Source: Nitrospirota bacterium (lineage in GTDB: Bacteria; Nitrospirota; Thermodesulfovibrionia; Thermodesulfovibrionales; JdFR-86). From it: DNA of 64,000 nucleotides. This document shows positions 31,671 to 41,914 of this stretch, one piece after another (the stretch's first letter is position 1; the number at the start of each line of letters is the position of its first letter). The stretch covers positions 992,001 through 1,056,000 of the forward strand of contig CAVRJY010000001.1 of the NCBI GenBank assembly GCA_963721805.1. The letters run 5' to 3'. The position numbers and the translations under genes were made by a program. Under the pieces are notes generated by a model. It was given only the letters and a program-made list of their open reading frames with translations, did no database searches and had not been told where the DNA came from.

Positions 31671-32382
31671 AGTCCCCTCCGAAAGCCAGATATATCGTCC
31701 CGCCGCGCCTTATGTCGGCCCCGGGCGGGGGATTTTGCGTCAGCACGCGCAGGCTGCCTGAGTATACCTCGGCCGCCTTGGCCGAAACCTCCACCCCAAG
31801 CGCATTTGCAAGCCCCGAGGCGTCATCCATGCTCATGCCCGTGAAGTCAGGGCAGTAATAGGTTACATCAGCCGGCCCGAGGCTGGCAATGACAGTGACC
31901 GGCCCCACCGCGCCCTGCTCGGGCAGCGGCTGCTCGGCGAGCACCTGGCCCTCCGGCACGGTATCGGAGTGCACCTCGATCTCGTGGTCTATGACAATGG
32001 AGCGCTCCTTGAATATCGCGCGCGCCTGCACAAGAGTGAGCCCGACCACGTCAGGGATGCGCTTGGGGTTGAGCCCCCGGCTAACGACTACGCGCACGAT
32101 CCCGCCGCTTTCGCCCTTGATCGTGGTTCCGGGGGCGGTCTCCTGCCTGACGATATGGCCCTTGGCCACGGCCGAGTCGGACTCCTCGCTTCCGACCACA
32201 AGCTCGAGCCCGAGACGCCGCAGGTCCTCGCGCGCGTCCTGAAGCGCGAGCCCCGTGACGTCCGGCACCGTGACGCTCACGCGCGAGCCCGTCATGCGCA
32301 TCGTCACGAAGGCCGAGGCCGCGCATATGACCACCGCGAAGATGGCCCATAAGGCGTATCGTTTCAGGTTGCCTGTATCCAC
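31660..32382 (-). CDS. PASTA-domain membrane protein
   Basis: N-terminal TM plus three PDVxG/PDFTG PASTA repeats. Confidence 0.85.
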   Translation of the reverse strand: MDTGNLKRYALWAIFAVVICAASAFVTMRMTGSRVSVTVPDVTGLALQDAREDLRRLGLELVVGSEESDSAVAKGHIVRQETAPGTTIKGESGGIVRVVVSRGLNPKRIPDVVGLTLVQARAIFKERSIVIDHEIEVHSDTVPEGQVLAEQPLPEQGAVGPVTVIASLGPADVTYYCPDFTGMSMDDASGLANALGVEVSAKAAEVYSGSLRVLTQNPPPGADIRRGGTIYLAFGGDYGR

Positions 32383-33711
32383 TTAATCTTTTCTCTTTCC
32401 AATGGCGGCCGCGAAAAAACCGTCCATCCCGTGCGTGTGAGGATATGTGCGCATGACCCCGCCCCGGGCGATGCCGCCAGCGAGCGCCTCATCTATCATA
32501 AAGAACTCGGCCGCGCTCTTCAAGGCCGCCTCGATCACGTCCTCGCCCTCCTCGGGCTCGGTCGAGCAGGTCGCGTATACGAGCCTGCCCCCGGGCCGCA
32601 GCAGCCCCGATACCGTGCGCAGCATATCGAGCTGCCGCTTGCCGTATGCCGCGAGCGCGGCCTCCTCGTGGCGGTAGCGAACATCAGGGTTGCGGCGCAT
32701 CACGCCAAGCGCGGTGCACGGGGCATCGAGCAGTATCGCATCGAAGGCCTCCGGCCCTTCGCTGGTGGCGTAGTCCATTATATCAGCCGTAACCGGGGTG
32801 ATTGACCTGAGCCCGAGCGCGCTGGCGTTCTCGTGGAGCTTGCCCATGCGCGCCTCGTCGATATCGAGCGCGACGACCTCGCCTCGGTCCTTGATGAGTT
32901 CGGCTATGTGCGTGGCCTTGCCTCCGGGCGCGGCGCAGGCATCGAGGATGCGCATCCCCTCTTCGGGCCTGAGCATGATAGAGACGAGCTGCGCGGCCTC
33001 GTCCTGCACCAAGGCTGAGCCCATGAGAGCCCGAAGGGCCTCTATGGATATTTCGCCGGTGAGCGTGACCCCGACCGGGCTGTATACAGTAGGCGCGGCC
33101 TCGATGCCCATGCCGGAGAGCTTTGCGATGAACTCCTCGCGCGTGGAGCGGAGCGTGTTGACCCGAAGCGTAAGCGGTGGGCGGGTGTTGTCCGCCTCGG
33201 CGAGCGCTAGGGCATCCGCTATGCCGAACCTCGCGACCCACCGCCGGGTGAGCCACTTGGGGTGCGAGGTCAGAAGCGCGATCGTGGCCGCGGCCTTAAG
33301 CGTGTCGCGCTCCGTGGCCAGCCCCTCGCGCATCGCGTCTAGCTCGGCGCGTATCGAGTCGAGCTCGCGCGCCGCGCCCCGGAGCACCGCGTTAACGAGC
33401 GGTTTTTGCCGCCGCTCGATAGAGACCGCCTCGTTCACCGCGGCAAATTGCGGCACGCGCATGTACAGCAGTTGATACAGCCCGATGCGGATGTTGTTTA
33501 TGGTCTCGGGGTTCAGGCCGCCGGGTTTTTTGAGGAACCGTCTACCAACCCAGTCGAGCGTGTCGAGGTGGCGGAGGCTGCCGTACAGAAGCTCCATCTC
33601 GAACGCCCGGTCGCGCGGGGCGAGGTCAGCGAGCGCGTCCCTGGGCTTCTCCCCGCCCGCGCCCACGGCCGCGAGCGCCTTTATGGCCAGCTCCCTTGGG
33701 TTCATCTCCAT
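32383..33711 (-). CDS. rsmB: 16S rRNA m5C967 methyltransferase
   Basis: NusB-like N-terminus, DACAAPGGK, DAPC, YATCS. Confidence 0.93.
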   Translation of the reverse strand: MEMNPRELAIKALAAVGAGGEKPRDALADLAPRDRAFEMELLYGSLRHLDTLDWVGRRFLKKPGGLNPETINNIRIGLYQLLYMRVPQFAAVNEAVSIERRQKPLVNAVLRGAARELDSIRAELDAMREGLATERDTLKAAATIALLTSHPKWLTRRWVARFGIADALALAEADNTRPPLTLRVNTLRSTREEFIAKLSGMGIEAAPTVYSPVGVTLTGEISIEALRALMGSALVQDEAAQLVSIMLRPEEGMRILDACAAPGGKATHIAELIKDRGEVVALDIDEARMGKLHENASALGLRSITPVTADIMDYATSEGPEAFDAILLDAPCTALGVMRRNPDVRYRHEEAALAAYGKRQLDMLRTVSGLLRPGGRLVYATCSTEPEEGEDVIEAALKSAAEFFMIDEALAGGIARGGVMRTYPHTHGMDGFFAAAIGKRKD

Positions 33712-33810
33712 CGTGATGAGATTTTAACAGATTCATGGTTGTAACCGGGGGAGCGGCGCCCCATAAATGGAAGGGGCCAGTCGGCCCCCTTGACAGTCGT
33801 GGGGCGATAT

Positions 33811-33828
33811 GGTTTACAAATGTATATA
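33811..33828 (+). promoter_or_regulatory. Candidate LexA operator overlapping the lexA promoter
   Basis: GGTTTACAAATGTATATA imperfect palindrome just downstream of TTGACA (33790-33795). Confidence 0.5.
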
Positions 33829-33829
33829 T

Positions 33830-34420
33830 ATGCAGGAGATGACCGAGAGGCAGCGCGGGGTGATGGAGTTCCTGCGGGAATACGCAGCCGAGCGGGGCTA
33901 TCCGCCCACGGTGCGCGAGATCGGCGCGCGGTTTGCCATCACGTGGCCGGCGGCGCGCGGACACCTGAAGGCCCTCGCAAAAAAGGGGCTGATCCGGCTT
34001 GTGCCCGGCAGGTCGCGCGGGATCGAGCTTTTTCAGGCCGCGGCGGGCATCCCGATAGCCGGGGCTATACGCGCGGGCTCTCCGATCCCTGCGGTGCAGG
34101 AGCATGAGGCGCGCATAGTCGTGGACCCGGGGCTATTCCGCGACCCGCGCTCGTTCGCGCTGCGCGTCACGGGAGACAGCATGCGGGATGCCGGGATATT
34201 TGACGGCGATTTCGTGATCGTGAGCCCCGGCGCGGAGGTGGCTACGGGCGCGATAGGCGTGGGGCTGATCGGCGATGAGGCCACGGTCAAGCGCATACGG
34301 CCCAACGCCGACGGCACGGTCACGCTGATACCGGAGAACCCGGAGTTCTCGCCGGTGACGTATCCGCCCGGCGAGGTAAGCATCATCGGCCGCGTGAGCG
34401 GCGTTATTCGCAAGCTCTGA
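33830..34420 (+). CDS. lexA: SOS repressor LexA
   Basis: GYPPTVREI, Ala-Gly cleavage site (RAG), GDSM, ATVKR. Confidence 0.95.
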   Translation: MQEMTERQRGVMEFLREYAAERGYPPTVREIGARFAITWPAARGHLKALAKKGLIRLVPGRSRGIELFQAAAGIPIAGAIRAGSPIPAVQEHEARIVVDPGLFRDPRSFALRVTGDSMRDAGIFDGDFVIVSPGAEVATGAIGVGLIGDEATVKRIRPNADGTVTLIPENPEFSPVTYPPGEVSIIGRVSGVIRKL

Positions 34421-34466
34421 TGGATAAACGTAAACTCTAATGAATATCCGCAAGCTCTGAGGGAAT

Positions 34467-34706
34467 ATGGAAGAGGAACGCATAAGCGTGGTCGCATCGT
34501 TCGGCGCGCCGTACAAGATGCGGCCTGTGAGGTTCAACTGGGCCGGACGGCTGCATGACATACGCGAGGTCACGTACTCATGGACCACGCACGAGGGCAC
34601 GGACATGCTCTATCACTTCTCGGTCACGGACGGCGGGGCGCTCTACGAGCTCTGCTTTAACAGCAGCTCCTTGCGCTGGCACCTAAGGGGCGTCGAGGCC
34701 CAATAG
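34467..34706 (+). CDS. Small beta-rich protein between lexA and dinB
   Basis: PVRFNWAGR..W..FSV..YEL..W pattern; operonic spacing. Confidence 0.75.
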   Translation: MEEERISVVASFGAPYKMRPVRFNWAGRLHDIREVTYSWTTHEGTDMLYHFSVTDGGALYELCFNSSSLRWHLRGVEAQ

Positions 34707-34718
34707 TGAGGTTACTCG

Positions 34719-35942
34719 ATGGAACCGGTCATACTTTGTTCGGACATGGACGCATTCTTCGCCTCGGTCGAGCAGAAGGTGAACCCCGCGCTCAGGGGCA
34801 AGCCTATCGCTGTGATAGGCGCGATGGGCCGCACTGTGGTTACGACGGCATCGTACGAGGCCCGCGCGCTCGGGGTCAAGACCGGGATGAACGTCAGGGA
34901 AGCCCGCGCCGCATGCCCTCAGGTGATATTCGTCGCGGGCGACAACGCGCGCTATACCCACACCTGCCGCATCCTCGAGCAGATATACCTGCGCTACACC
35001 CCTGAGGCGGAGGTCTACTCCATCGACGAGGCCTTCCTCGATATCACGACGACGGCCCACCTCTTCGGCGGCGCGATCGAGCTCGGCCGCAGGATAAAGG
35101 CCGCGGTGCGCTCCCGCTTCGGGATAAACTGCACCGTCGGCATCGGGCCGAATATTCTGATAGCCAAGCTCGCAAGCGACCTCGCAAAGCCCGACGGCCT
35201 GCGCTGGATAAAGTCAGCCGATATCCCCGGCGCGCTGGAGGCCCTCCCGGTAGATAAGCTCTGGGGCATAGGAAAAAAGACTACCGAGCGGCTCGCCTCG
35301 CTTGGCATACGCACATGCGGGGAGCTCGGCCGCGCGCCGGCGAGCATGCTCCGAAGCCGCTTCGGGATCATGGGCGAGCACCTGCACGCGATGGGGCTTG
35401 GGCTATGCGAGAGGCCGCTCCGGCGCGAGGAGTCAGACCCCAAGAGCATCGGCCACAGCACGACGCTGCCAGAGGACATCCGCGAGCGCGAGCTGGCCGC
35501 GGCATGGCTTCTGAGGCTTGCCGAGAAGGTCGGCCGCCGCGCCCGGGCCAACGACCTCAAGGGACGGAAGGTCACGCTCACCTTGCGGTACTCGGACTTC
35601 AGGACCCTCACCCGGCAGGCCATGCTCCCTGCCGCGACGAACGACACGCACGTGATCCTATCGCAGGCGCTCGACCTCTATGATTCGATCAATCCGCGCG
35701 ACCCGGTGCGGCTGCTCGGCATCTCGATCTCGTCGCTCGTCCCCGGCGGGGGGCAGCTCTGCCTGATGCCCGAGGAGCGCCGCCGCGCCGAGCTCCTGCG
35801 TGCGATGGACAGCGTGAACGACCGCTACGGCCGCTCCACGGTCACATGGGCCGGGCAGGCAGGTAGCGGGATGCCGAGGAAGTCCGGCGAATGGGTGATA
35901 TCCCCGGCCTGGCGTCCCTCGGGCCTCCGCAATACCGAGTAG
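34719..35942 (+). CDS. dinB: Y-family DNA polymerase IV
   Basis: DMDAFFASVE, SYEAR, SIDEAF, AKLASD..KPDG. Confidence 0.95.
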   Translation: MEPVILCSDMDAFFASVEQKVNPALRGKPIAVIGAMGRTVVTTASYEARALGVKTGMNVREARAACPQVIFVAGDNARYTHTCRILEQIYLRYTPEAEVYSIDEAFLDITTTAHLFGGAIELGRRIKAAVRSRFGINCTVGIGPNILIAKLASDLAKPDGLRWIKSADIPGALEALPVDKLWGIGKKTTERLASLGIRTCGELGRAPASMLRSRFGIMGEHLHAMGLGLCERPLRREESDPKSIGHSTTLPEDIRERELAAAWLLRLAEKVGRRARANDLKGRKVTLTLRYSDFRTLTRQAMLPAATNDTHVILSQALDLYDSINPRDPVRLLGISISSLVPGGGQLCLMPEERRRAELLRAMDSVNDRYGRSTVTWAGQAGSGMPRKSGEWVISPAWRPSGLRNTE

Positions 35943-36006
35943 CGTTGCGAATCGGGCGGGATTCTGTTAATCTCCGATAAGCGCTATTTAATCCGGGAGG
36001 ACCGCT

Positions 36007-36435
36007 ATGAAGAACACCGCACCAGTCAAGCACGCTGCGACATGGCATGAACAGCATCTCGCCGCGCTGACGACGGGCCAGAAGGTGGCCGACGAGGTCG
36101 CAAGGGGCATGGGCTCATGGCCGTTTATCATCATTCAGACGATCTTCGTCTGCATCTGGATGGCCCTGAACCTGATCGGCTGGATGTTCCACTGGGACGT
36201 ATACCCGTTTATCCTGCTAAACCTGATCTTCTCTTTGCAGGCGGCATACGCCGCCCCGGTCATCATGATGGCCCAAAACCGCCAGAACGAGCGCGACCGC
36301 GTCCAGGCAGCCGCTGACTACCGCACCAACGTCGAAGCGAAAAAGGAGATCGAGGCCCTTCAAGTCGCGATAGCCCGCATCGAAACCGAAAAGCTCGGAG
36401 AGATATTAAAAAGGCTGGATGACCTGAAAAAGTAG
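36007..36435 (+). CDS. DUF1003-family membrane protein
   Basis: GSWPFI, DVYPFILLNL, AAPVIMMAQNRQ. Confidence 0.9.
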   Translation: MKNTAPVKHAATWHEQHLAALTTGQKVADEVARGMGSWPFIIIQTIFVCIWMALNLIGWMFHWDVYPFILLNLIFSLQAAYAAPVIMMAQNRQNERDRVQAAADYRTNVEAKKEIEALQVAIARIETEKLGEILKRLDDLKK

Positions 36436-36452
36436 GCGGCACGGGACGCGCC

Positions 36453-37745
36453 TCAGCCGCGAAGCTTAACCCCATTTTTGCGGCCCAGCAGATATACGCC
36501 GCAAGCCCCCAGCGCGCAAAAAATGCCGCCCGCCTGCAAGGCGCGGCCCGAACCCAGGCTTTGGCCGATGGCGCCCATCCAAAAGCTCCCGATAGGCATG
36601 CTCCCGCCGAAGACCAGGGCCCAGATGCCCATCAGCCTGCCCCGCAGGTGATCGGGGGACTGGGTCTGGATGATGCTGTTGCCGATGGAAAAAAACAGGA
36701 TGATGCCGAACCCGGCGAAAAATAGGATGAAGGCCGCGCCGACCGGGTGATGCATGAACCCGAATAGGATGATGAAGGCCCCATAGATGCCCGCTCCGGT
36801 ATAAAGCGTTTTAACGCGGACGATACGGGAGCCCTGCGAGGCGACGAAGAGGGCCGCGGTACAGGCGCCGAGGCCGTTGAGCGCCAGAAGCCAGCCATAC
36901 CCCTGTGCGTCCATGCTCAATTGCGTTACCGCGAAGGCGGACAGCTGGGACTGGTAGGCCCAGCCTCCCACCCCCATGACCAGAAGCAGGGTTACGGTCT
37001 GGGCCATGGTGGAATTTCTCCTTAGATACTTAAATCCCTCCAGGGTGTATCTCCAGTCGGCTGTCACCTTTTCAGGCGCATAGTGCGCTGCCGGGAGCCG
37101 GATCTTGTGGATCGCGTAAAGGACCGCAAGATAACTTATGGCATCCAGAAGGAAGCACCATGCGGCCCCGAAGTAGGCCAGCAACAGCCCCCCGATAGCG
37201 GGCCCGATGACACGGGTCGAGTTCACCATGGCGCTGTTAAGCGCGATGGCGTTCACCAAATCTCTCTTGCCAACCAGCTCCACCATGAGGGTCTGCCGCG
37301 ACGGCATCTCAAACGTGATCGACAGCCCCCAGAGAGCGGAAAAGGCCATCAGATACACGATGTGCACGGGACCGCGAAAGAGCATCACGGCCAGCGTCAG
37401 CGAAGACAGCAGCGAAAACCAGCTGGTCACGGTGAAGATCCTGATCTTGGGGATGCGGTCGGCCAGGGAGCCTGCATAAATCGCTAAGAGGAATATGGGG
37501 AGGGAACCGAGCATGAATACGATACCCAGCAGAAATTCCGAGTGCGTGAGTTGAAACGCTACCCACCCAAGGGCGGCGGTGCGGGTCCAGGTGCCGATCA
37601 GCGAGACGGTCTGTCCCCAATAGAAATAGCGGTAATTGGGGTTGCGCAACGCGGAGAAGGTATTGTGCCACCCGGTCGAGGGGGGCAGCCCGGCGTTATT
37701 CGCCTCGGACTGCTGCAACCTTTCCTGGGGGTTCTCTAAGCTCAA
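36453..37745 (-). CDS. MFS transporter
   Basis: GQTVSLIGTW, GSLADR, RVIGPAIGG, LRGR; about 12 TM. Confidence 0.9.
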   Translation of the reverse strand: MSLENPQERLQQSEANNAGLPPSTGWHNTFSALRNPNYRYFYWGQTVSLIGTWTRTAALGWVAFQLTHSEFLLGIVFMLGSLPIFLLAIYAGSLADRIPKIRIFTVTSWFSLLSSLTLAVMLFRGPVHIVYLMAFSALWGLSITFEMPSRQTLMVELVGKRDLVNAIALNSAMVNSTRVIGPAIGGLLLAYFGAAWCFLLDAISYLAVLYAIHKIRLPAAHYAPEKVTADWRYTLEGFKYLRRNSTMAQTVTLLLVMGVGGWAYQSQLSAFAVTQLSMDAQGYGWLLALNGLGACTAALFVASQGSRIVRVKTLYTGAGIYGAFIILFGFMHHPVGAAFILFFAGFGIILFFSIGNSIIQTQSPDHLRGRLMGIWALVFGGSMPIGSFWMGAIGQSLGSGRALQAGGIFCALGACGVYLLGRKNGVKLRG

Positions 37746-38314
37746 TCATCCCCCTGCTCTGCGATGAAGGCCTCCACCGTAAAGACCCCCGCCTGAGCCG
37801 GAAAGACCTTCTCCGTGAGTACGCGGTGGACCTCCTGGTCCGCGTCGAAACAGGCGTCGCCGAGGACAACGCACCGGAAGTCCAGGTCGAATGCCCGCCT
37901 TAGCGTGGAGAGCGTGATGCCGCTCGTCGAGATCCCGAACAACACGAGGCTCTCGATGCCTCGGGAGCGAAGGATCAGCTGGAGCTGGTTTTCGGAAAAC
38001 GCGCCCACCCGCTGCTTGTATACCACGAGCTCTCCGGTACGGGCTATAGAGCCGTGGAATTCGGCGGATGCGCTGCCCTTTATGAAGAGGTTGTTTTGCT
38101 TGACCCGCTTAAACGGGGATTCGATATCCGGGATCTCAGGATGGCCTTCTGAGAATCCGAGCCCCACGTGGATTATCAGATATCCCCTCTTTCTGGCGAA
38201 TTCCACGGCCTTCGACGCGTTTGGGATGATCGCCTCTGCGCCGGGGACGAATCCCAGAATCCCCTTTTGGAAATCGAGGGTCAGCAAGGCCGTTTTCTTG
38301 GGATCGAGTTTCAT
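37742..38314 (-). CDS. Isochorismatase/cysteine hydrolase family
   Basis: TALLTLDFQ, KQRVGAF, GISTSG, DAC. Confidence 0.88.
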   Translation of the reverse strand: MKLDPKKTALLTLDFQKGILGFVPGAEAIIPNASKAVEFARKRGYLIIHVGLGFSEGHPEIPDIESPFKRVKQNNLFIKGSASAEFHGSIARTGELVVYKQRVGAFSENQLQLILRSRGIESLVLFGISTSGITLSTLRRAFDLDFRCVVLGDACFDADQEVHRVLTEKVFPAQAGVFTVEAFIAEQGDD

Positions 38315-38484
38315 CTGCCTTCCTTTCATCTATGGAAAGACTTAATCTGCCGCGCCCGTATTCCTTAATTATAGTCAAAAGAGGCGTACATGCAATGCGC
38401 GGCTAACGGGCGCCACGGGCAGCTCTCCCTTAAGGCCGCCGCGCCCGTATTGTCCTTAGCGTCCCGGTTGTTTTAAAATAACCT

Positions 38485-38838
38485 ATGAGAACAGACATAT
38501 ACAGGGAACGGGTGCTCACCTGTCCGTTTTGCATGAAGCCGGTCATGCCGCCTGTGGCCATATCGACTCCTTTTGGCGATACGGTGGACGGCGGCATATG
38601 CGGCAGTTGCGGTGCGGTCTACGTATACGACCGCTCCGGCAGGATGCTCGGCGAGGCGATGACGAACGCGCTCGCCTTCGCGTACAACTGGGACTACGAC
38701 GCGGCGTTTCACACCGAGGGCCCTGGTTACCGTGAGCTGGTCGTGCGCTTTGACGCCAAGCTGGGCAAATACATGCTCGACGACGACCGCCGCTCGACCA
38801 GGGACGCCAAATACTTCTTCGTCAAGAGGAACAAATAG
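38485..38838 (+). CDS. Hypothetical zinc-ribbon protein
   Basis: CPFC and CGSC pairs; operonic with def. Confidence 0.7.
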   Translation: MRTDIYRERVLTCPFCMKPVMPPVAISTPFGDTVDGGICGSCGAVYVYDRSGRMLGEAMTNALAFAYNWDYDAAFHTEGPGYRELVVRFDAKLGKYMLDDDRRSTRDAKYFFVKRNK

Positions 38839-38846
38839 GGGAAGAT

Positions 38847-39359
38847 ATGGCGGCCCGCGAGATATGCACATGGCCAAACCCGGTCCTCACCAAAAAGTGC
38901 GCGCCCGTAAAGGGCGTTGACGACGAGGTGCGCGCCCTCATGGACGACATGGTCGAGACGATGTACGCCGAGAAAGGCGTGGGGCTCGCAGCGCCCCAGG
39001 TCGGGGTCTCGAAGCGCGTCATCGTGATCGACCCGGGCGCGCGCGAGGGCGAGGAGAGCAACCTCATCGTGCTCGCCAATCCCGTAATCATATCGGCCGA
39101 GGGCGAGGACGTGGCCGAGGAGGGCTGCCTGAGCCTGCCTGACTTCACCACCAACGTCCCGAGGGCCGAGATGGTCGTCGTCCGCGGGATGGACCGCGAG
39201 GGCGAGGAGTTCGAGTATGAGGCAAGCGGCCTGCTCGCGCGGATATTCCAGCACGAGATAGACCACCTCGACGGCGTGCTGCTTCTGCAGAAGGCCAGCC
39301 CGCTGAAGCGCGAGTTCTACAAAAAGCGCGTCAAAAAGAGCCTTGCCAGGACGGGCTGA
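38847..39359 (+). CDS. def: Peptide deformylase
   Basis: GVGLAAPQ, EGCLS, QHEIDH. Confidence 0.97.
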   Translation: MAAREICTWPNPVLTKKCAPVKGVDDEVRALMDDMVETMYAEKGVGLAAPQVGVSKRVIVIDPGAREGEESNLIVLANPVIISAEGEDVAEEGCLSLPDFTTNVPRAEMVVVRGMDREGEEFEYEASGLLARIFQHEIDHLDGVLLLQKASPLKREFYKKRVKKSLARTG

Positions 39360-39374
39360 GAGCGTGCGGCCCGC

Positions 39375-40295
39375 ATGCCGGTAGTATTCTTCGGAACCCC
39401 GCGCTTCGCGCTCCCGGCACTTGAGGCCCTTCTCAATTCAGGCGAGCGGGTGCTCGCGGTCGTCACCCAGCCGGACAGGAAACAGGGCAGGGGACATACT
39501 CTGTCGGCCCCTCCGGTCAAGCTCCGCGCTCTGGAGGCCGGCTTGACGGTGCTCCAGCCCCCGACGCTCCGCGATGAAGGCGTCATAGCCGATCTCCGCT
39601 CGCTCAAGCCCGATTTCTTCGTGGTCGTGGCATACGGCAATATACTGCCCAAGGCCGCTCTCGATATCCCTGCCATCGCGCCCGTGAACATCCATGCATC
39701 GCTCCTGCCCCGCTACAGGGGGGCCGCCCCGATAGCGCGCGCGGTGCTCGATTGCGAGACCGAGACCGGGGTGACCACGATGCTGATGAGCGAGGGGCTC
39801 GACGAGGGCGACATACTGATCGAGGCCCGCTGCCCTATAAACCCTGACGACACTGCCGGGAGCCTGAGCGAGCGCCTCTCGGAAATGGGCGGCCCGCTCT
39901 TGCTTAAAACGCTTGCCGGGCTCCGCGACGGCACGCTCAAGCCGGCCCCCCAGCAAGGCGAGTCCAACTATGCGCGGCAGCTCCGCAAGTCCGACGGGCT
40001 TATAGACTGGGCTCGCCCGGCTCGCGAGCTCGACTGCCACGTGCGCGGGATGATCCCGTGGCCCGTAGCGTTTTTCATGCACGGGGGCCGGGCGGTCAAG
40101 GTGCTCCGGGCCCGGGCGGCCGATGGCAGTGCAGAGCCCGGTTTGGTAGAATCTATCAAGGGCGATACGATGGTTGTCGGTACGGGGGAGGGCGCGCTTG
40201 AGCTGCTCGAGCTTCAGCCCGAGGGCAAGCGCCCGATGCCGGCAAGCGCATACGCACAGGGGCGGCACATAAAGGAAGGCATGAGGCTACTATGA
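39375..40295 (+). CDS. fmt: Methionyl-tRNA formyltransferase
   Basis: FFGTP, TQPDR, NIHASLLPRYRGAAP. Confidence 0.97.
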   Translation: MPVVFFGTPRFALPALEALLNSGERVLAVVTQPDRKQGRGHTLSAPPVKLRALEAGLTVLQPPTLRDEGVIADLRSLKPDFFVVVAYGNILPKAALDIPAIAPVNIHASLLPRYRGAAPIARAVLDCETETGVTTMLMSEGLDEGDILIEARCPINPDDTAGSLSERLSEMGGPLLLKTLAGLRDGTLKPAPQQGESNYARQLRKSDGLIDWARPARELDCHVRGMIPWPVAFFMHGGRAVKVLRARAADGSAEPGLVESIKGDTMVVGTGEGALELLELQPEGKRPMPASAYAQGRHIKEGMRLL

Positions 40296-40816
40296 TCTAC
40301 CGCTTCAGCCGCGGCATCCTGCTAAAACTTATCTACCCAGTATTGATGGGGTTCGGCCTGTTCATGAAGGGCCAAAAGGAGGCCCTCCAGCGCTGGGTCG
40401 TCCGCGCCAATAACGCGCTCGTTCTCAGAGAGGGGATCAAGAGCCGCCGCCTCCTGATCCTGCTTCCGCACTGTCTCCAGATCGACCTGTGCGAGATACG
40501 CCTGACTCACAACGTCCATAACTGCAAGCAGTGCGGGCGATGCGGGATCAAGGACCTGATCGGCGTGGCGGACCGCTACGGGCTCGACCTGCACGTCGCG
40601 ACAGGAGGCAACCTGGCGCGCCGCATAGTGATGGACGCCAAGCCCCAGGCGATAGTGGCCGTGGCCTGCGAACGCGACCTCTCAAGCGGGATCGCGGATA
40701 CCTATCCCGTGCCGGTGCTCGGGGTGCCGAACGAACGGCCCTGCGGGCCGTGCCTCAATACCCGCGTGGACATCGCCCTGGTCGAACAGGCCATAGGCAA
40801 ACTCATCGGCGCCTGA
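40292..40816 (+). CDS. DUF116-family protein
   Basis: LLPHCLQ, CKQCGRC, VATGG, AVACERDL. Confidence 0.9.
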   Translation: MIYRFSRGILLKLIYPVLMGFGLFMKGQKEALQRWVVRANNALVLREGIKSRRLLILLPHCLQIDLCEIRLTHNVHNCKQCGRCGIKDLIGVADRYGLDLHVATGGNLARRIVMDAKPQAIVAVACERDLSSGIADTYPVPVLGVPNERPCGPCLNTRVDIALVEQAIGKLIGA

Positions 40817-40914
40817 TCTGCATGAACAAATCGGCAAGAGGCTGAAGCATGATAAAATTCAAATGATGTTATTGATGGCAATGCAATTAGATGCCGATTT
40901 GTTCACCCTTCGGG

Positions 40915-41013
40915 CGAGCCCGGATGCACCCAATCCGCTGTGTTGCGTTCGGCTCGCGGTATTAATATACAGCGTCGCCGCCCGCGCCTTGCGACTTGGG
41001 CACCCCGAACTCG
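40915..41013. repeat. Long intergenic imperfect hairpin, possible distant relative of the polar element
   Basis: CGAG..TGCACCCAA / TTGGGCA..CTCG arms, central GTA-TTAATA-TAC, GTTG and CCTTG landmarks. Confidence 0.5.
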
Positions 41014-41035
41014 TGCAATATCAGGCGAGGTAGCG

Positions 41036-41839
41036 ATGCCCCAGCCCCGCCGGGCCGATGAGCGAGGCGCGGAGCTTGCCGCCTCCGCACGCAACCCGGA
41101 CATCGCTCCGGACGCGGCGCTCGCCCTGCTCAAAAACAATTCGCTTCCGCCCGAGGCGGTATCGCTCATAGCCCTGAACCCGCGCCTGAGCGGGTCTTAC
41201 AAGATCAAGCGCGCCGTTGCGAACCACCCAGGCTGCCCCCTTAAGCTCGCGCTGTCTATGCTTAAACACCTCCGCATATTCGACCTCGCCGATATCACGA
41301 GAAACCGCTTCGTTAAGGCCGAGCTGCGCCATAAGGTCGAACTCATGATCGACGAGCGGCTCTCGGCGCTCCCGGCAGGGGTGAAGATCGCGCTGATCAA
41401 GCGCTGCAGCCCCGAGCTGATCGTCCGCATAATGGAAAAGAGTGAGTCACACGTGATCGCGGCCTGCCTCGACAGCCCGCTCATGACCGAGTCGCGGCTT
41501 TATGGGATTGTGGTTAAGCACTCCACGCATGCCCCGGTCATCCGGGCCGTGGCCGAGCACCCGAGGTGGAGCCTCCGCTATGACATCCGCATGGCGCTCG
41601 TGCGCAACTTCCATACCCCGATGGCTAGGGTCGTTGAGTTCATCGAGCACCTCCGCGCGACCGACCTCGAACTCCTCTATCAAGACCCCTCGCTCCCCTC
41701 GGCCACGCGGCCCTTCATCCATCAGGCCCTGGGCGAGCGCGCCACTAGGCCGGTATGGCCGGACGAGATCACGGAGGAGCGCCACGAGATCCCCGAGGAC
41801 GCGGACGAGGGGATCTTCGATCCGCCGGACGGGGAGTGA
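41036..41839 (+). CDS. Hypothetical helical-repeat protein
   Basis: Repeated NP/HP helical motifs; GAGG RBS. Confidence 0.7.
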   Translation: MPQPRRADERGAELAASARNPDIAPDAALALLKNNSLPPEAVSLIALNPRLSGSYKIKRAVANHPGCPLKLALSMLKHLRIFDLADITRNRFVKAELRHKVELMIDERLSALPAGVKIALIKRCSPELIVRIMEKSESHVIAACLDSPLMTESRLYGIVVKHSTHAPVIRAVAEHPRWSLRYDIRMALVRNFHTPMARVVEFIEHLRATDLELLYQDPSLPSATRPFIHQALGERATRPVWPDEITEERHEIPEDADEGIFDPPDGE

Positions 41840-41914
41840 GAGACCGCGCCCCTTTATTGAAGTAAGATGCGATGATAGACTATTATGATATATCCGGGGG
41901 GCACAGGGAGACGT

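Noticed and set aside
37742..38314. Cysteine hydrolase lacking the catalytic Cys
   Set aside because: TSG-type variants are common among isochorismatase-like proteins; not distinctive.
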